Shown here: piece after piece, positions 40,641 to 54,544 of the stretch
How positions within the stretch are numbered: the first letter of the stretch is position 1
Layout of the letters: every line of letters starts with the position of its first letter
Assembly: GCF_006345805.1 (NCBI RefSeq)
Contig: NC_043024.1
Span: 12,772,001-12,836,000 of the forward strand
Reading direction: 5' to 3'
Length of the DNA stretch: 64,000 bases
From: Octopus sinensis
Lineage: Eukaryota
Notes under the pieces: generated by a model
What the model saw: the letters and a program-made list of their open reading frames with translations, nothing else
Told to the model about the DNA's origin: nothing
Database searches by the model: none
Made by a program: the position numbers and the translations under genes

Positions 40641-41027
40641 ATATCTACATCCAGAAACATGTTCTTGTGGAAAATATGGAAGTGCCCAATAAAAGCCAGC
40701 ATCTCAGAATCCTGTTTCTCCACAAAAATCAGAATTGGTCCCTTCCTATGTGTTAGAGTGCAATCATTGTTCAATCATCGTAAATTACCGTCAAACATCT
40801 CTGATGCACGACTTCCGGTTCCCTCCCTCACCTAATTGCACATTTTGTAGCATCATCAAGCGTTTATTTCAATGGGAAATTTACATGAAAGACCATCCTT
40901 GTGAGTTTATGTGTGTGCATGTGTGTAATGTGTGCGCCTACGATTTCGCTTGCATGCATTGTATAAGTGTATATACTATGATTTCCTTTAGAATTTATAC
41001 AACATAAATATATATACATCAGGATTT

Positions 41028-41070
<43 letters not shown>

Positions 41071-41147
41071 GATATATATATAAATGATGTATTACATATA
41101 TAATATATTTGTATATATATTCATATATATATAGATATATATGTGTG

Positions 41148-41193
<46 letters not shown>

Positions 41194-41439
41194 TGTGTAC
41201 ACACACACATATATATATATATGCATGTATGTATATGTTTATATTGTTATTTATATTATCAACATATTCATCATATCAGTCAAATCTATTTTATAATTAA
41301 ATAAAGAAATTTAATTATTCAAAAACCTATGGAAGGTTTACCTCATTTCGAACACATTAATTATGAATGTTTACTTGTCATAGAAAATGTTTAGGTGTGA
41401 GCATATGGTGGAACACATCACACACATAAAAATAAAAGT

Positions 41440-41481
<42 letters not shown>

Positions 41482-41825
41482 ACTCACACAGAAATAATAC
41501 ACAGTAGCTTAATGTTTTAATGAAATTACAGCTTCTAAATAAATCATTGGTTTATCAGCATCGCAGTTCGCTCGGCTAGTTTCATTTCTTCTAATAGACA
41601 TCAAGAAGCGCACAACTTAGCTCTTAATTCCGCAACTCAGAAATTATTTATCTCTTTACCATGCCATGAGTAAATAGCTTAATAGTGGCTCGAAGCTACC
41701 GAAAGGCTAAGTTACTGGGACGAAAACACAACAATACTGGTTGTCAAGAGCTGGTGGGAGACAAACACTGATGCAGACACGCACATTCAGAAGTCTATAT
41801 ATTGGGTCATTCCATAAATAATGCA

Positions 41826-42099
41826 TATTCTGTTGTGTCTGGGGAGAGTCATTTTCTTTTTGTGCCTTATTTCTTATTTTTATTCTCCTAAAATTTTCGT
41901 TGCGTCTTGCAACCTTTTCAATAGTCTTGACGCAACGAAAAGTTGAAGAAAATAAAAATAAGAAATAAGTGGAAATTTTACCGGTGAGTGTGTTACATTA
42001 TAAGGCACAAAAAGAAAATGACTCTCCCCACACAGAACAGAATATGCTTCAACACACGAACTCATATAAAGAATCTTGCAAACCAAATCCCAAAACGAA
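41826..42099. mobile_element. Penelope-like fold-back element inserted into a mariner-type TIR
   Basis: Nested inverted arms 41823-41870/42000-42047 and 41867-41906/41929-41968; 12-bp duplication ataaataatgca (41814-41825, 42100-42111); hammerhead motif on minus at 41888-41924. Confidence 0.7.
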
Positions 42100-42327
42100 A
42101 TAAATAATGCAGTTTTTTTTATATTTCTATTATTTTTCAAATTTGATATAAACAAATTCTTTTTTACTCTAAAATATACTCTCCTTCATTTTCTACAATG
42201 CTCTTCTTCCATCTATCTAGTAGACCTGTATTGCTCCTCTTTCAAAATTCTTTTGTTCGTGACTAAAAATACTCCTCCAATACTCTTCTAACCTCGTCTA
42301 CAGAATTCATATTTTTTCCATCCAAAT

Positions 42328-42746
42328 AGGCGCAGGAGTGTTGTGTGGTAAGTAGCTTGTTTACCAACCACAAGGTTCCGGGTTCAGTCCCACTGCGTGG
42401 CACCTTGGGCAAGTGTCTTCTACTATAGCCTCGGGCCGACCAAAGCCTTGTGAGTGGATTTGATAGACGGAAACTGAAAGAAGCCTGTCGTGTATATGTG
42501 TGTATATATGTATGTGTGTGTGTGTTTGTGTGTCTCTGTTTGTCACCCCAACATCGCTTGACAACCGATGCTGGTATGTTTACGTACCCGTAACTTAGCG
42601 GTTCGGCAAAAGAGACCGATAGAATAAGTACTAGGCTTACAAAGAATAAGTCCTGGGGTCGATTTGCTCGACTAAAGGCGGTGCTCCAGCATGGCCGCAG
42701 TCAAATGACTGAAACAAGTAAAAAGAGTAAAAAAAAAAAGAGTAAA
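42328..42746 (+). mobile_element. Young full-length SINE family A
   Basis: Complete head, body, internal (TG)n and tail. Confidence 0.95.
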
Positions 42747-43207
42747 TGATTTTGAAGACTGCGGAATAAATCACCATTCACTATTTGTGAAGAACCCATT
42801 GACCCAATTTGCTGGCTCTTCCGATGGCACGCAGGTATCGATGAATAGTTGACTGACCAAATCCAAGCTTCTCTGCTAATTCCTCAACAATTACGATGGA
42901 ATTTTTTCCCGCTAGGGTTTGCAGAGCGTCCTCGTCGAGCTCTTCTGATCTTCCAAGATGAAGGTGGCGTTTCTAGGCTATAGTTTCCGGCTCGGAATAT
43001 CTGGAACCACCATTAACACACACCTACACATACTTACACACATACACACACATATATACGACATCTTTCTCTTTCTTTCTATCTATCTGTCCCCGTCTCT
43101 ACATATATATAGATACATGTGTATATACATATACCTCTGTTGTAATATTCAGCTTTCGATGGTGTCTAGCAGTGTCAGCTCAAACTGGAGTCCTTATATT
43201 TCTTAGA

Positions 43208-43425
43208 TCTCAGTCGTTGCGAGATAATGAAATTTCTGATAACCATTATAAATGTTGTTAATCCACAAATGTTTCATTCATTCCGAAGCAGCAGCGATAT
43301 TCTGTGTTTACAGTTAGTAATTTTTTACAGTAACCGTGTAAAGAAAAACCCGGAGTAACAGTTGATGAATGAGTTATCGCCAAGTAAATAATGTAACTCC
43401 TTTACATATACTGTCTTCAGGCAAT
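43208..43425 (+). pseudogene. Probable piggyBac transposase remnant
   Basis: Frameshifted peptides CEIMKFL ... KPGVTVDE ... LSPSK*CNSFT resemble the piggyBac EIMRFL ... KPGENITVDEQLFPTKARCRFT segment (from memory). Confidence 0.4.
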
Positions 43426-43480
43426 GCCAAGAAATTTCATTTGAGACGCACTTCTTCAAATACACAATAATAATAATAAT

Positions 43481-43995
43481 GCTATTCCCCATTCAAACTG
43501 ACAGAAAGATGGATGCAAATAGGCCAGGCATCATATTGAAAGACTTCAAACAAAGAACATGCCTCCTCATTGATATGACTGTCCCAATCGATATAAACGT
43601 ATCTGTCAAGACCTACCAAAAACTGAGCTAATATAAAGATCTTGAAATAGAAATCAGCAAAATGTGGAACCTGAAGACTAAAACAATACCTGTTGTCATA
43701 GGTGCCCTGGGAATGATACCAGGAAACCCCAAAATGGCAGAAATTCAAAAGATTGTGCTCATGGGAACTGCTCATATCCTACGCAAAATACTTTCTATGT
43801 AATCTCAAGGTTTAAAACAAACATAATTTTCGTTTTTTGTTTCAGACATTCACTAGTACAACACTAAATACAAAACCAAATATATGGCACACTAGGCATA
43901 ACAACAACACAAACTTCCAACCTGTTGTCTCTTGAGGTCTATGGGTGAGACTTGGAGCCAACTTGTACAAATATAAAGCAAATGTCAAACATAGA
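43481..43995 (+). pseudogene. 3' end of an R4/Dong-type element: restriction-like endonuclease domain plus 3' UTR
   Basis: IQTDRKMDANRPGIILKD...CLLIDMTVPID.NVSVK.YQKLS*YKDLEIEISKMW.LKTKTIPVVIGALG...IQKIVLMGTAHILRK; (AAT)n on both flanks. Confidence 0.9.
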
Positions 43996-44086
43996 ATAAT
44001 AATAATAATAATGATGATGATGGTGATGATGAAACGACGACTATAACATATGCAAGGAATGATCGAAGATTCTGAAAACAACTTAC

Positions 44087-44176
44087 GTATCTTTTATATT
44101 AAAATGTTAAGACAAGGCCATACTAGCATAAGGAATATCTAAATGGAAAGTCAGTGTGAATATTCAGGAAACTCAC
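44087..44176 (-). other. Non-coding exon or recursive-splice exon: AG|GTGAGT start, GTAAGT donor, stops in all three frames
   Basis: Minus strand gattaatgttattttttatttctttttcag|gtgagt...aaagatac|gtaagt. Confidence 0.5.
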
Positions 44177-46500
44177 CTGAAAAAGAAATAAAAAATAACA
44201 TTAATCGGTTGAGTGTCTAATAACATATTTAGTCTAATCATAAAATTAAAACTGAAATAACATGTCGAAATATACAGAATAGAGGGCTAAATTAGTGTTT
44301 GTTAAGTAAATTGACAACAGGAGATAGGTTTCGGTTGAATTAGTCCTCTTCAGAAAAAGGAAAACTTAAGTAGTGTTTTTGACTGTAGACCACTCAGTGG
44401 TTGACAGCTTTTTGAAAAGATTTTTGAGACTTATCCGTAAATCTTTGCTAACAATTTGTTCTCATTAATCGCTAAGTACCGCTGTCAGCTGCCAATTAAG
44501 CCAACACGAAAACGCTAAATTTCTTTTCCTGGTGTAAATAATGATGCCGATGGTTTAGAATAAATCAATATCGTATCGGCTTGAAATGTGTTTTGCTATT
44601 TTTGCGGTCCCTTCTTACGATTCTGAGTTCTTGTCCTTATGAGGCTGACCTTAACTTTGATCCCTCTCTGATCGATAAGTCAAACATATATATTGCCGTG
44701 GATGTAATTGATTGCACAACTCCACGAAATCGTTGACATTCTGACGTTCTGATAATGGTGTTTATGATGATGATGATTATGACAATGGTTATTATTATAG
44801 CTGCTGCTGCTACTGCTGCTGCTACTACTACTCCTCCTACCACCACCATCACCACTACTACTATCGTATCGATATATATACACAACCGTGTGCAGAACAC
44901 CAAGGTTATATTTTCCTGTCTGTCTAAATCTGCTCGCAGTCATTATATTGAGTGCTGCATACGAATGTTATTGAGACCATTTTAGGATCTAATCGATGTC
45001 GGGTACTTGACTACTTTTTCAACGTGCCATATCCTTTAAACTGGTCTTTAAAAAAAGACCCCTTATTAAATGCTTGATATAAACAAACAATATTAGGGAG
45101 TTGCTTATAGTTGCCCTCTTTTTCATAGTTTTTGTACTTCAAATGTCAGCGAGAGAGGATCACATGACCTATTTCTGTAATGGAGCTAATTAATGTATGT
45201 TAACGTTTGTGCGGTCAGTCGATGGCCAAAATCAGTTGATGTTGGATAAAAGGCAACCCATCGCAATACCGTTAACCCATCATGCCAGGTAGCTGGTATT
45301 TTTTATCGCTTTTCGTCTGTTTATTTTGGGAGGGTGAACCGCTATGTTCTAAAATTAATCGGTGAATTTCCTTAAGGTGACTAAAATACCTTGTGTCTTA
45401 AAAAGGAGATAATATGGTCCCAGAGATATTGTCTCATAAAAGAAGGGTTTTTATCGGATCGGTTGTTTACTTTCACAGTAAAATAAAACATGGATAGTAG
45501 TAGGGACAATATATATCCCTATACACACCCTCCGTTAATGTTGAATAATTACTGGTAGAGAAAAACACATTCATTGGTTGTACTTCACTTCAGATTTCTT
45601 AACAATTAATTAGATAAGTAGTCAATTATTAACTAGGCAATAGATTAGGTTCGTCAGCATCTTTAAAATACCTCTCTTATACACACTTCGCACAATTATA
45701 TGGTCCCAGTTCCCATCTTTTGTGTGGGGCTTTTCAAATTACAATAATGTATATTTCAACAAATATCTCAAGGGAAAACTTGCAAAACAAATACAAAAGA
45801 CAAAATATGAAAAATATGAAAGTGAAAAATTTCCCTTCAAGAATTGAAAGAATCTTTATCTGACCCTACTTACAAAACTAGATTAAGAAAGAAAAGCAAT
45901 TATTCTAAACACATCATGAAAAGCAGTGTTATATAAAAACCTTTCTTAAAATTATTTTACACAAATTATTATTTATAAGTACATAATTAGTAAATTATAT
46001 TAATAATTGCCACGAAAAAGAATTAGTTTTGCGATAAAAAGACAAATCTGTATTATATTATAAAAATTATTGTTGGAAACACTCAAATCTTATAGAAACA
46101 CTTTTATAACAAAATTAGGAGAAATATTTATTAAAAAAAATAAGAGTATGAGACTAATTTTTGTTAAAATATTTATTATCTAAAATATTAGAAACCTCAT
46201 TATGAAAGAAAAACATATTGCGGCTTAAATAATGGAAACAATTAATATTAATATCATTATTAGAAAATGACAAAAAATTAGTTTCAAAAACGTTTTGAAA
46301 GACGAATTGTGAAATACAAATGATATCCGCTTTACACCGGATTAGTAATAACTGACTGGGCACAGATTTAAGCATCACTGAAGATTTTCAGGTGTTTACA
46401 ATTTTATTTTTATTTTTAATTTTCTCCAGTGTTTGTAGTTGTGTGTAAAAATTTGTTGTCTGTTTGTGGCACTGCCAAAGATGCCAATACACGGCAATCG

Positions 46501-46544
<44 letters not shown>

Positions 46545-48444
46545 AAGTGCTATTTACATAAACATACGTATGTATATGATAAAAGACAAAAACGAGCGTA
46601 TATGTCTTTGACAAAAGGTGTTGCTAAAGCAGTTGCATAAATATAACAGTTGAAGCAGAAATACTCCTAGAAAATTCTTTACAACTGTTTCGAACCTTCA
46701 ACGACTTGTTGTCGCAGCAATGTGCATTACACCAACAGGTGTGCATACTGATGTAGTTATATACATCAAACAAAGAGAAACAATTATGAACGTAACAAGA
46801 TAAAATCTCTATTAATCAAAGCCATAAACTAGGAAACGTCAAATATTTTCACGAGAAGAAAGGAGTGTTAAAATGTAATTCATCTAACAGCGGATTTGTA
46901 TTTAAGAGTATGAAGCATTAATAAGAGAGAGATAGGGGGGGAGAGAGAGGGAGAGAGAGTAAAGGTGGTCAGAAATATAGACGTTAGAAAATTTTTGAGT
47001 GTAGAGTGATACAATAAAGGAAACGTAAGGGAGAGAGAAGAGAAGAAAGGAATAATAAAAAGGAAATAAATGGAAGAAAAACCAGGTAAGAGATGAGATG
47101 GTTTTAATCAGTTAGAAAATGTCAGTCTAATCGAGACTGGCCATAAATCGGAAACTGAGGAAGCAAAGAATCGGGCAGGATTCATTAAAGCAACTGAATG
47201 GGAAAAAGAAAGCAACGATTCAGGATCTCCTTGTAAATGAGCGGCAAATAAGTATTTCGTAGAGTGAACGCAGGATAAGCATCGATGCGATTAGATTATT
47301 CAAAGTAGGAGACATGGAACAAGAAAACGAAGAACATAATAGGAAGGGGAAAGAAAAGAAATTAAGGAACATTAAAAGAATAAAAGGTAAAATAGGGAAA
47401 GAACAAGGGCGAGCAAAACCATGAATATTATATTACTATAGAAATGATATACTGTCTAAAATATTTAAAGAAGGTATGACGAAGGTAAATGTATATTATA
47501 ATGTTTTAACTCTAATTAGGCTTAGTTTAAAAGTAAAATACCTGAAGACAGGTATATAAGGAGCTCGAAGAATAATAGGTTTAATGTGGGTAGTAGTTAT
47601 GTTGTGCTATTAGAACATATTGATGTATGCCAAAAGATAAACGAAATTCGGACGTAAAATACGAAGTAACCACGGCGCCTCCATAGACAGACACACACCA
47701 AACACAGGACGATAGACACAAACCCACACGAATATGTATACACATATATATATATACATGTGAGTTTGTGTGTGTATGTATGTATGTATTTATATGTATA
47801 AATATATGCACCTACATGTGGATCGATGTATAATTTTATTCGAGTCTTTCTTTAGATACATGAAAAGCGATAAACAAGCAGACAAAACGGTGAATACAAA
47901 CAGCCATACATTTAGAAATATATATATGTATACATCCTTCAGGAATACATATCTACGCAGATGACTACTTACATATATAAGAAGATATACAGCTATAGAC
48001 ATGTGCAGAGATAATATGTATAGATAAGCAAACATATAGAAATATATATTTAATACATAGAGAAATAATAGATATGTGTACAACCACGCAAACACACGTA
48101 TATACGAATATAAATACAGATATAGATCAACAGAGAAATACAAACCAAGAAGCATTAGTCTATTTACAATTCTTAATTTCAGTGTCTATATCATTCTTTC
48201 CACGAGTCCCTTCCTCTTTACTCTCTCTCTCTCTCACTCTCTATCTGTCTGTCTTTCTCTCTATCTGTCTGTCTCTCTCTCTCCCAGACACATATAGCGA
48301 CTTATAAAGCCTTTTATGCTTATATAATGGGCTATTTTCCCCGCAGACTTCCACCCTCCATTACACATCCTTTCTTTTTCAAATAGCATCATAAAGTCAC
48401 TAAGTCTGTCTCAAAAAATAATTGCGCAGACAGTCTCTTACAAT

Positions 48445-48476
<32 letters not shown>

Positions 48477-48567
48477 TACGGAAGCCGCGCAAAATCACAT
48501 AGATACACACATAAGCAACTGCATAACGACTCTACATCTTTTAGGCGATTCTGTCTCAGTCTCTTTC

Positions 48568-48604
<37 letters not shown>

Positions 48605-48726
48605 AAAACCCATAAACAACCCCCACCCGCCCCAAGAAACAATATACATTCAAAGTCGCTAACAATGAAAGACAGCCACATGCTATCACAAAATCAGAAA
48701 CACATAACACCCCAACGTCTGCCGGT

Positions 48727-48729
<3 letters not shown>

Positions 48730-48791
<62 letters not shown>

Positions 48792-49029
48792 CATATTCAG
48801 ACATATATATATATTCAGACATATATATATATACATACATATATACATATATATACACATATATATACAATATATATGCACATATATATACACATATATA
48901 TGCACATATATATACACATATATATGCACATACATATATATACACATATATATGCACATACATATATATACACATATATATGCACATACATATATATACA
49001 CATACATATATATACATACATACACATAC

Positions 49030-49064
<35 letters not shown>

Positions 49065-49325
49065 CATATATATATACACATACATATATATACATATACA
49101 TATATATATACACATACATATATATATATATAATACATACATATATACACATACATATATAACACATACATATATACACATACATATATATACACATACA
49201 TATATATACACATACATATATATATATAATATATATATACATATATATATATTATACATACATATATATATACATACATATATATATACATACATATATA
49301 TAATATACATACATATATATATATA

Positions 49326-49356
<31 letters not shown>

Positions 49357-49515
49357 CATACATATATATATATACATACATATAATATATATACATATAT
49401 ATATAACATATATATATACACAGATACATATATATATATACACAGATACATATATATACACATACATATATATCACATACATATATATAATATATATATA
49501 TATACACATATATAT

Positions 49516-49549
<34 letters not shown>

Positions 49550-49550
49550 T
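48730..49550. repeat. Compound (TA)n/(CATA)n microsatellite field
   Basis: Direct inspection. Confidence 0.95.
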
Positions 49551-50003
49551 ACGGCCGCAGCTCTGAGCTGAGACTCCAAATCTCTGTTTCTGTGAATGGA
49601 TGCAGTTGATGTGGGAAACTTGCAGCTCTTTGTGTCAATGGCGCGGGTTCTCTCCACAAGAACATCAAATATTTTTATCATTACTAATACTCCAATCCTT
49701 CGTGGGAAATTCTCTTATTTGTCAGAGGAAAGCTCTGACTAACATCTCTCGCCCTTCTCTCTGCATTACTTCTCCTTTTGTAGGTTACATTAACATATTA
49801 TCTAAAAGTTTTTCCTTACATCAACATAAAATGATGTCACTAAATCCAGCTGTTTCTAACGATTGCAAATATTTTGAGTGTAATTCATTGGGACGTCCAC
49901 AGTAATTTGTGCGTCACGTGAACGCCTTTTGCTGTGGTAGATAACAGCACACAACCGGTAGGTTTTCGTGACAAAGAATTTACTTCCAAAATAAACAGAA
50001 CAT

Positions 50004-50420
50004 AGGCGCAGGAGTGGCTGTGTGGTAAGTAGCTTGTTTACCAACCACATGGTTCCGGGTTCAGTCCCACTGCGTGGCACCTTGGGCAAGTGTCTTCTAC
50101 TATAGCCTCGGGCCGACCAAAGCCTTGTGAGTGGATTTGGTGGACGGAAACTGAAAGAAGCCCGTCGTATATATGTGTATATATATATATATATGCGTGT
50201 GTGCATGTATGTTTGTGTGTCTGTGTTTGTCCCCCTAGCATTGCTTGACAACCGATGCTGGTGTGTTTACGTCCCCGTCAATTAGCGGTTTGGCAAAAGA
50301 GACCGATAGAATAAGTACTGGGCTTACAAAGAATAAGTCCCGGGGTCGATTTGCTCGACTAAAGGCGGTGCTCCAGCATGGCCGCAGTCAAATGACTGAA
50401 ACAAGGAAAAGAGTAAAAGA
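50004..50420 (+). mobile_element. Young full-length SINE family A
   Basis: Nearly identical to 42328-42746 outside the internal microsatellite. Confidence 0.95.
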
Positions 50421-50958
50421 ACCACAAGCAGCCTGTGTTTTCTGGGGTTGTGGCTTTAGAAATATTTAGATAACCAGTAGCAATCACTCCGCGCAAGGTT
50501 ACAAATGTGAGGATAGTTGGTCGGTTCCTTGTGAGCTTTTGAAATGACAGTAAATAAGAAAGCAGGCAGTTTAAACAATTACAGAGTGTTCAGTATCTAC
50601 GGGCGGCAAGTAGAAAGCTTTTCAACTATCAAGTAATCTCAAGGGCTTGCAGAGTTTTCTCCTTTTCAGAAGCGCAGATTTAATTTTCGAAATTTGTTCA
50701 CCACATCCGCACAATTAGGTTTCTACCTCTTGCATGATCATCAACCACTATATTAATTGCTTCAGAATGGTCTTGGAGGATTTTGTTCAAGTAAGAATGT
50801 TTACCGTTTGACAGAGTATCAGACAGCCAATAAGTCTATAGTTTTCTGCTAATGCAGAACACGTATATATGTATGTAGATATGTATGTTTATAAAGTGAT
50901 GTATATTTAGGTTTTAACTTTATTCCAGTAGCGTAAATTATTTTTACAATAAATAAAG

Positions 50959-51358
50959 GGTGGTAAGTAGCTTGCTTACAAACCACGTGGTTCCGGGTTC
51001 AATCCCACCGCGTGGCACCTTGGGCTAGTGTTTTCTACTGGAGCTTCGGGCCCACCAAAGCCTTGTGAGTGGATTTCGTAGACGGAAACTGAAAGAAGCC
51101 TGTCGTATATATGTATATGTGTATGTATGTGTGTGTGTATACGTTTGTGTATCTGTGTTTGTCACCCCAACATCGCTTGACAACCGATGCTGGTGTATTT
51201 ACATCCCCGTAACTTGGAGATTCGGCAAAAAAAAACTGATAGAATAAGTACTAGACAAGCAAAGAATAAGTCATGGGGTCTATTTGCTCGACTAAATGTG
51301 GTGCTCCAGCATAGCCACAGTCAAATGACTGAAACAAATAAAAGAGTAAAGAGTAAAT
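50959..51358 (+). mobile_element. SINE family A, slightly 5'-truncated
   Basis: gtggtaagtagcttgc ... gactgaaacaaataaaagagtaaagagtaaa. Confidence 0.9.
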
Positions 51359-51987
51359 ATCTATGAAATTGAAATAAGTATTCGGTTAATATGAAGGACT
51401 AATAACAATAGCAAACAGTAACTTCGAAGGTCGCTCTCCAATGATTAAATTCATTGATAGAATAAAATGATAATGTGTGTGAGTGGGTGTGAAAACACTT
51501 GCACAAACTAACACACGTGAAAGCAGCCATGAACCAGATAATGGTAAACCAAACGATATTAATTTCACTGAGAAATGTTTTGCTGACCTAAATCTACGAT
51601 AAAAGCCACAGAACAAAAACTGCACGCGGTTGTTTCGAACCGAAATCACAGAGTCTAAAAAAGCAAACGTCTTAACCAAAAAGCTCTGACAATCTTCTGT
51701 CTGATGATCCAAATAATATAGTAATATATATTCACACAGAAAGCATTACGCAAGGCCGTTTAGGATTTTTTTTCTTCTTTACATTTTTTCCTATTGGTAA
51801 AGATATTCATTCTGGATGACGATGATGGATTGGCAAGGAATCCGTTTCATTCTCTGCTCCATTGTTAGACATTCTTACTTCTGCTGGACATTATTCCGAT
51901 CAGCTACTTTGTCTCCTATTGAAATGTCGTTGCTGCTTTCTCTTTTTTTTTCTTTTCGGTATTATTCTACAAGAATTTGATGGCAAT

Positions 51988-52021
<34 letters not shown>

Positions 52022-52032
52022 TAAACAAAGTA

Positions 52033-52063
<31 letters not shown>

Positions 52064-52144
52064 GTATTTATGTATGTTTTATATATATTTATATGTGTGT
52101 GTATATATATATATGCATATATATATATATGTGTATAAATATGT

Positions 52145-52187
<43 letters not shown>

Positions 52188-52894
52188 TGTATATGCGTAT
52201 ATATATATATATATACATGTGTGTATATGTATATATATGCGTGTGTGTGTGTATGTATGTATGTGTGTATATATGTATGTATATATGTATATGGATACAC
52301 TCACACACACATACAGAAACAAGCACATACACGCTTACCTACTGCGAATTTCTGTTGCTTTTGAACTGTTAGCATTTGGAAATAATGACCGAATGACAGA
52401 ATGAATGATTGTATGATTGAATGAATGAAAGAATAGAAGAATAAATGAATAAATAAGTAATAACTTTTATATAGATTGTTACAGCTGCCTTAAAGTCAGA
52501 TAAAGGCTGGACAGACAGCATCGATGTGAAGATACACAATTGATTAGAGTTCAATAAGTATCAAAGAGCAGTTCTTTTGACTGGAATAATGCTCTTGTCT
52601 CTTGAGGCAGCAAAGAAACAGAGAATCTCATAGAATGACAGATGTTTGAGGTTTTTGTGTTGGGGAAGGCATTTCGATAGATTAGTCGACCGATGCAGAC
52701 GGAGGGAGAGATCAACGACAGGGGCCGGCGTGTTCCTTACTGGTGGACGTACAGATGAGATGAGGGGTCAGAAAGTGGTGGGGAAAAAGCGAGAGAGAGA
52801 GAGCGAGTGAAAAAGAAAGAAAGAAATAAGGAGAGGGAAAAGAAAGCGCGCGTGCGAGAGAGAAAGAGAGAAGAGAGCAGGTGTACGAATACAG

Positions 52895-53112
52895 ATACAC
52901 ATACACATATATTGGTTTCGAATTTTGGTACAAAGCCAGCAACTTCGGGATGGGTGGCATGGTAAGTCGTTTAAATCGATCCCAGTGTACAACTGGTACT
53001 TATTTTGTCGACCGTGAAATGATTAAAGGTAAATCGACTTCGGAGGAATTTGAACTCAGAACTTAAGGACGAATGAAATGCCGCAGTAACGGATCTTCCA
53101 ACTCGCCGCTTT
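52895..53112 (-). mobile_element. Older SINE family B copy
   Basis: aactggtacttattttgtcgacc...ggaatttgaactcagaac. Confidence 0.75.
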
Positions 53113-53932
53113 CACCCACCCATACACACACAGATATATTCACAGAGTCTCGTATTTACATTTCCTTATCCGGTTAGTGGCAAATGCAAGATGAAAGTAA
53201 CGGTCTGGTATCTGTCCTGCTATGACTTGTCTTTGAAAATCTTTTTGTTTGTATTCTGAGATTATAGCCGTCAGTTGACGTACCTTCTGGTTTGATGAAG
53301 GTGGTCACGGGGTCTATGGGTCATGTGATTGCATGAATGATAGTTGCTGTGCCAAAGGACAAGTCAGTTTGAGGCCAGTGAATATGTCATGTGACAGTTG
53401 GATCAATTGCGCATTGTTACCCGTAAACGATCAATTTCCTCTGTATGTTGAAAGCTTTCGTTTATGCTCTAAATATAAATGGGTTGAACGAAGGTTCCGT
53501 TGAGAAATATTCTCTAGGTTCAGAGACAACGAATACGGAAAAATAATGGCAGACAGATTCCTTTAAGCGAACATTTAGACGGATGTGAAATAACAAACTA
53601 CCAAAACTCCAAATCTTTTCTCTACATCTTTGTTGAAACAACTCCTCAGAGGAAATGTAGCCAAATAAAGAAGCCATACTCTTTTACTCGTTTCAGCCAT
53701 GTAGCTGTGGTCATGCTGGAGCACCACCGTGTCCAATAAAATATATCAAACTACATTTGAATAAACTGTACAGGACATATCGAACACTGTTGCAATTTCG
53801 TTCACAAACAAAATCACCGAGATAACCATTTTCAGAAACGAGTAAAATGTTTCTCTACATCTGTTAACTCTGGTAGCATTCACTGAACTAAAACACAGAC
53901 TTTAGCCCCATTATCGTCCATCATTAACACCT

Positions 53933-54248
53933 TCATCATCATCATCATTTAACGTCTATTTTCCAAGCTGACATGGGTTTGATGGGTTGACGGAAGGAAT
54001 GGTAAGCTGTGCCAGGTTCCAGTCTGGTTTGGCATGGTTTCTACATTTCGATACCCTTCCTAACGCCAACCACTCCGAGAGTGTAGTGATTGCTTGTTAC
54101 GTGCCACTGGAACGGCGGCACCGGTCACCACTACGTGCTCAATTGGCTTCACAGATTTTCTCAAGCACAGTGTATTGCCAAAGGTCTCGGTTATATGTCA
54201 CTGCCTTCATGAGGCCCACGTTCGAAGGTTGCCCTGCTCGTGCCACCA
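53933..54248 (-). mobile_element. RTE-clade LINE 3' end with (GAT)n tail
   Basis: Minus strand: end-of-ORF2-like RTWASxRQ.../DLWQYTVLEK, ggttggcgttaggaagggtatc, and gacgttaaatgatgatgatg tail. Confidence 0.7.
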
Positions 54249-54544
54249 CATATATATACACATATATATAGCTTCTGTCTGATAGCTAGGTACTTGAATG
54301 CACTGTTTCCAAAATTTTTCAGCTTCAATGAAACACTATACATACATGCATATAAAGACACACATACACACTCGTTATCATTTCATTATATGCAAACCCC
54401 CAAACTTTATTTCTATCTTTGTATTGTTCCTCTCATTTTCGTCCATGTGGCAAGTAAAAGAAATCATCATCATTATTATTATCATAATTTAAAACAGTAA
54501 GGGCGTGTATGCCTCAACTACAAACACGCATAGACTTATATATA

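Noticed and set aside
42328-42410. tRNA gene
   Set aside because: The A/B boxes belong to SINE heads repeated throughout the window; no complete cloverleaf with acceptor stem.
47540-47570. CTGAAGA motif with hairpin atacctg/caggtat
   Set aside because: No helix II-GAAA follows; not a hammerhead.
3332-52404. Long ORFs rich in YI/IY/VC/HT (e.g. 37141-38076, 48495-49463, 12060-12668)
   Set aside because: Translations of (TA)n, (CA)n and (TATC)n microsatellites that lack stop codons.
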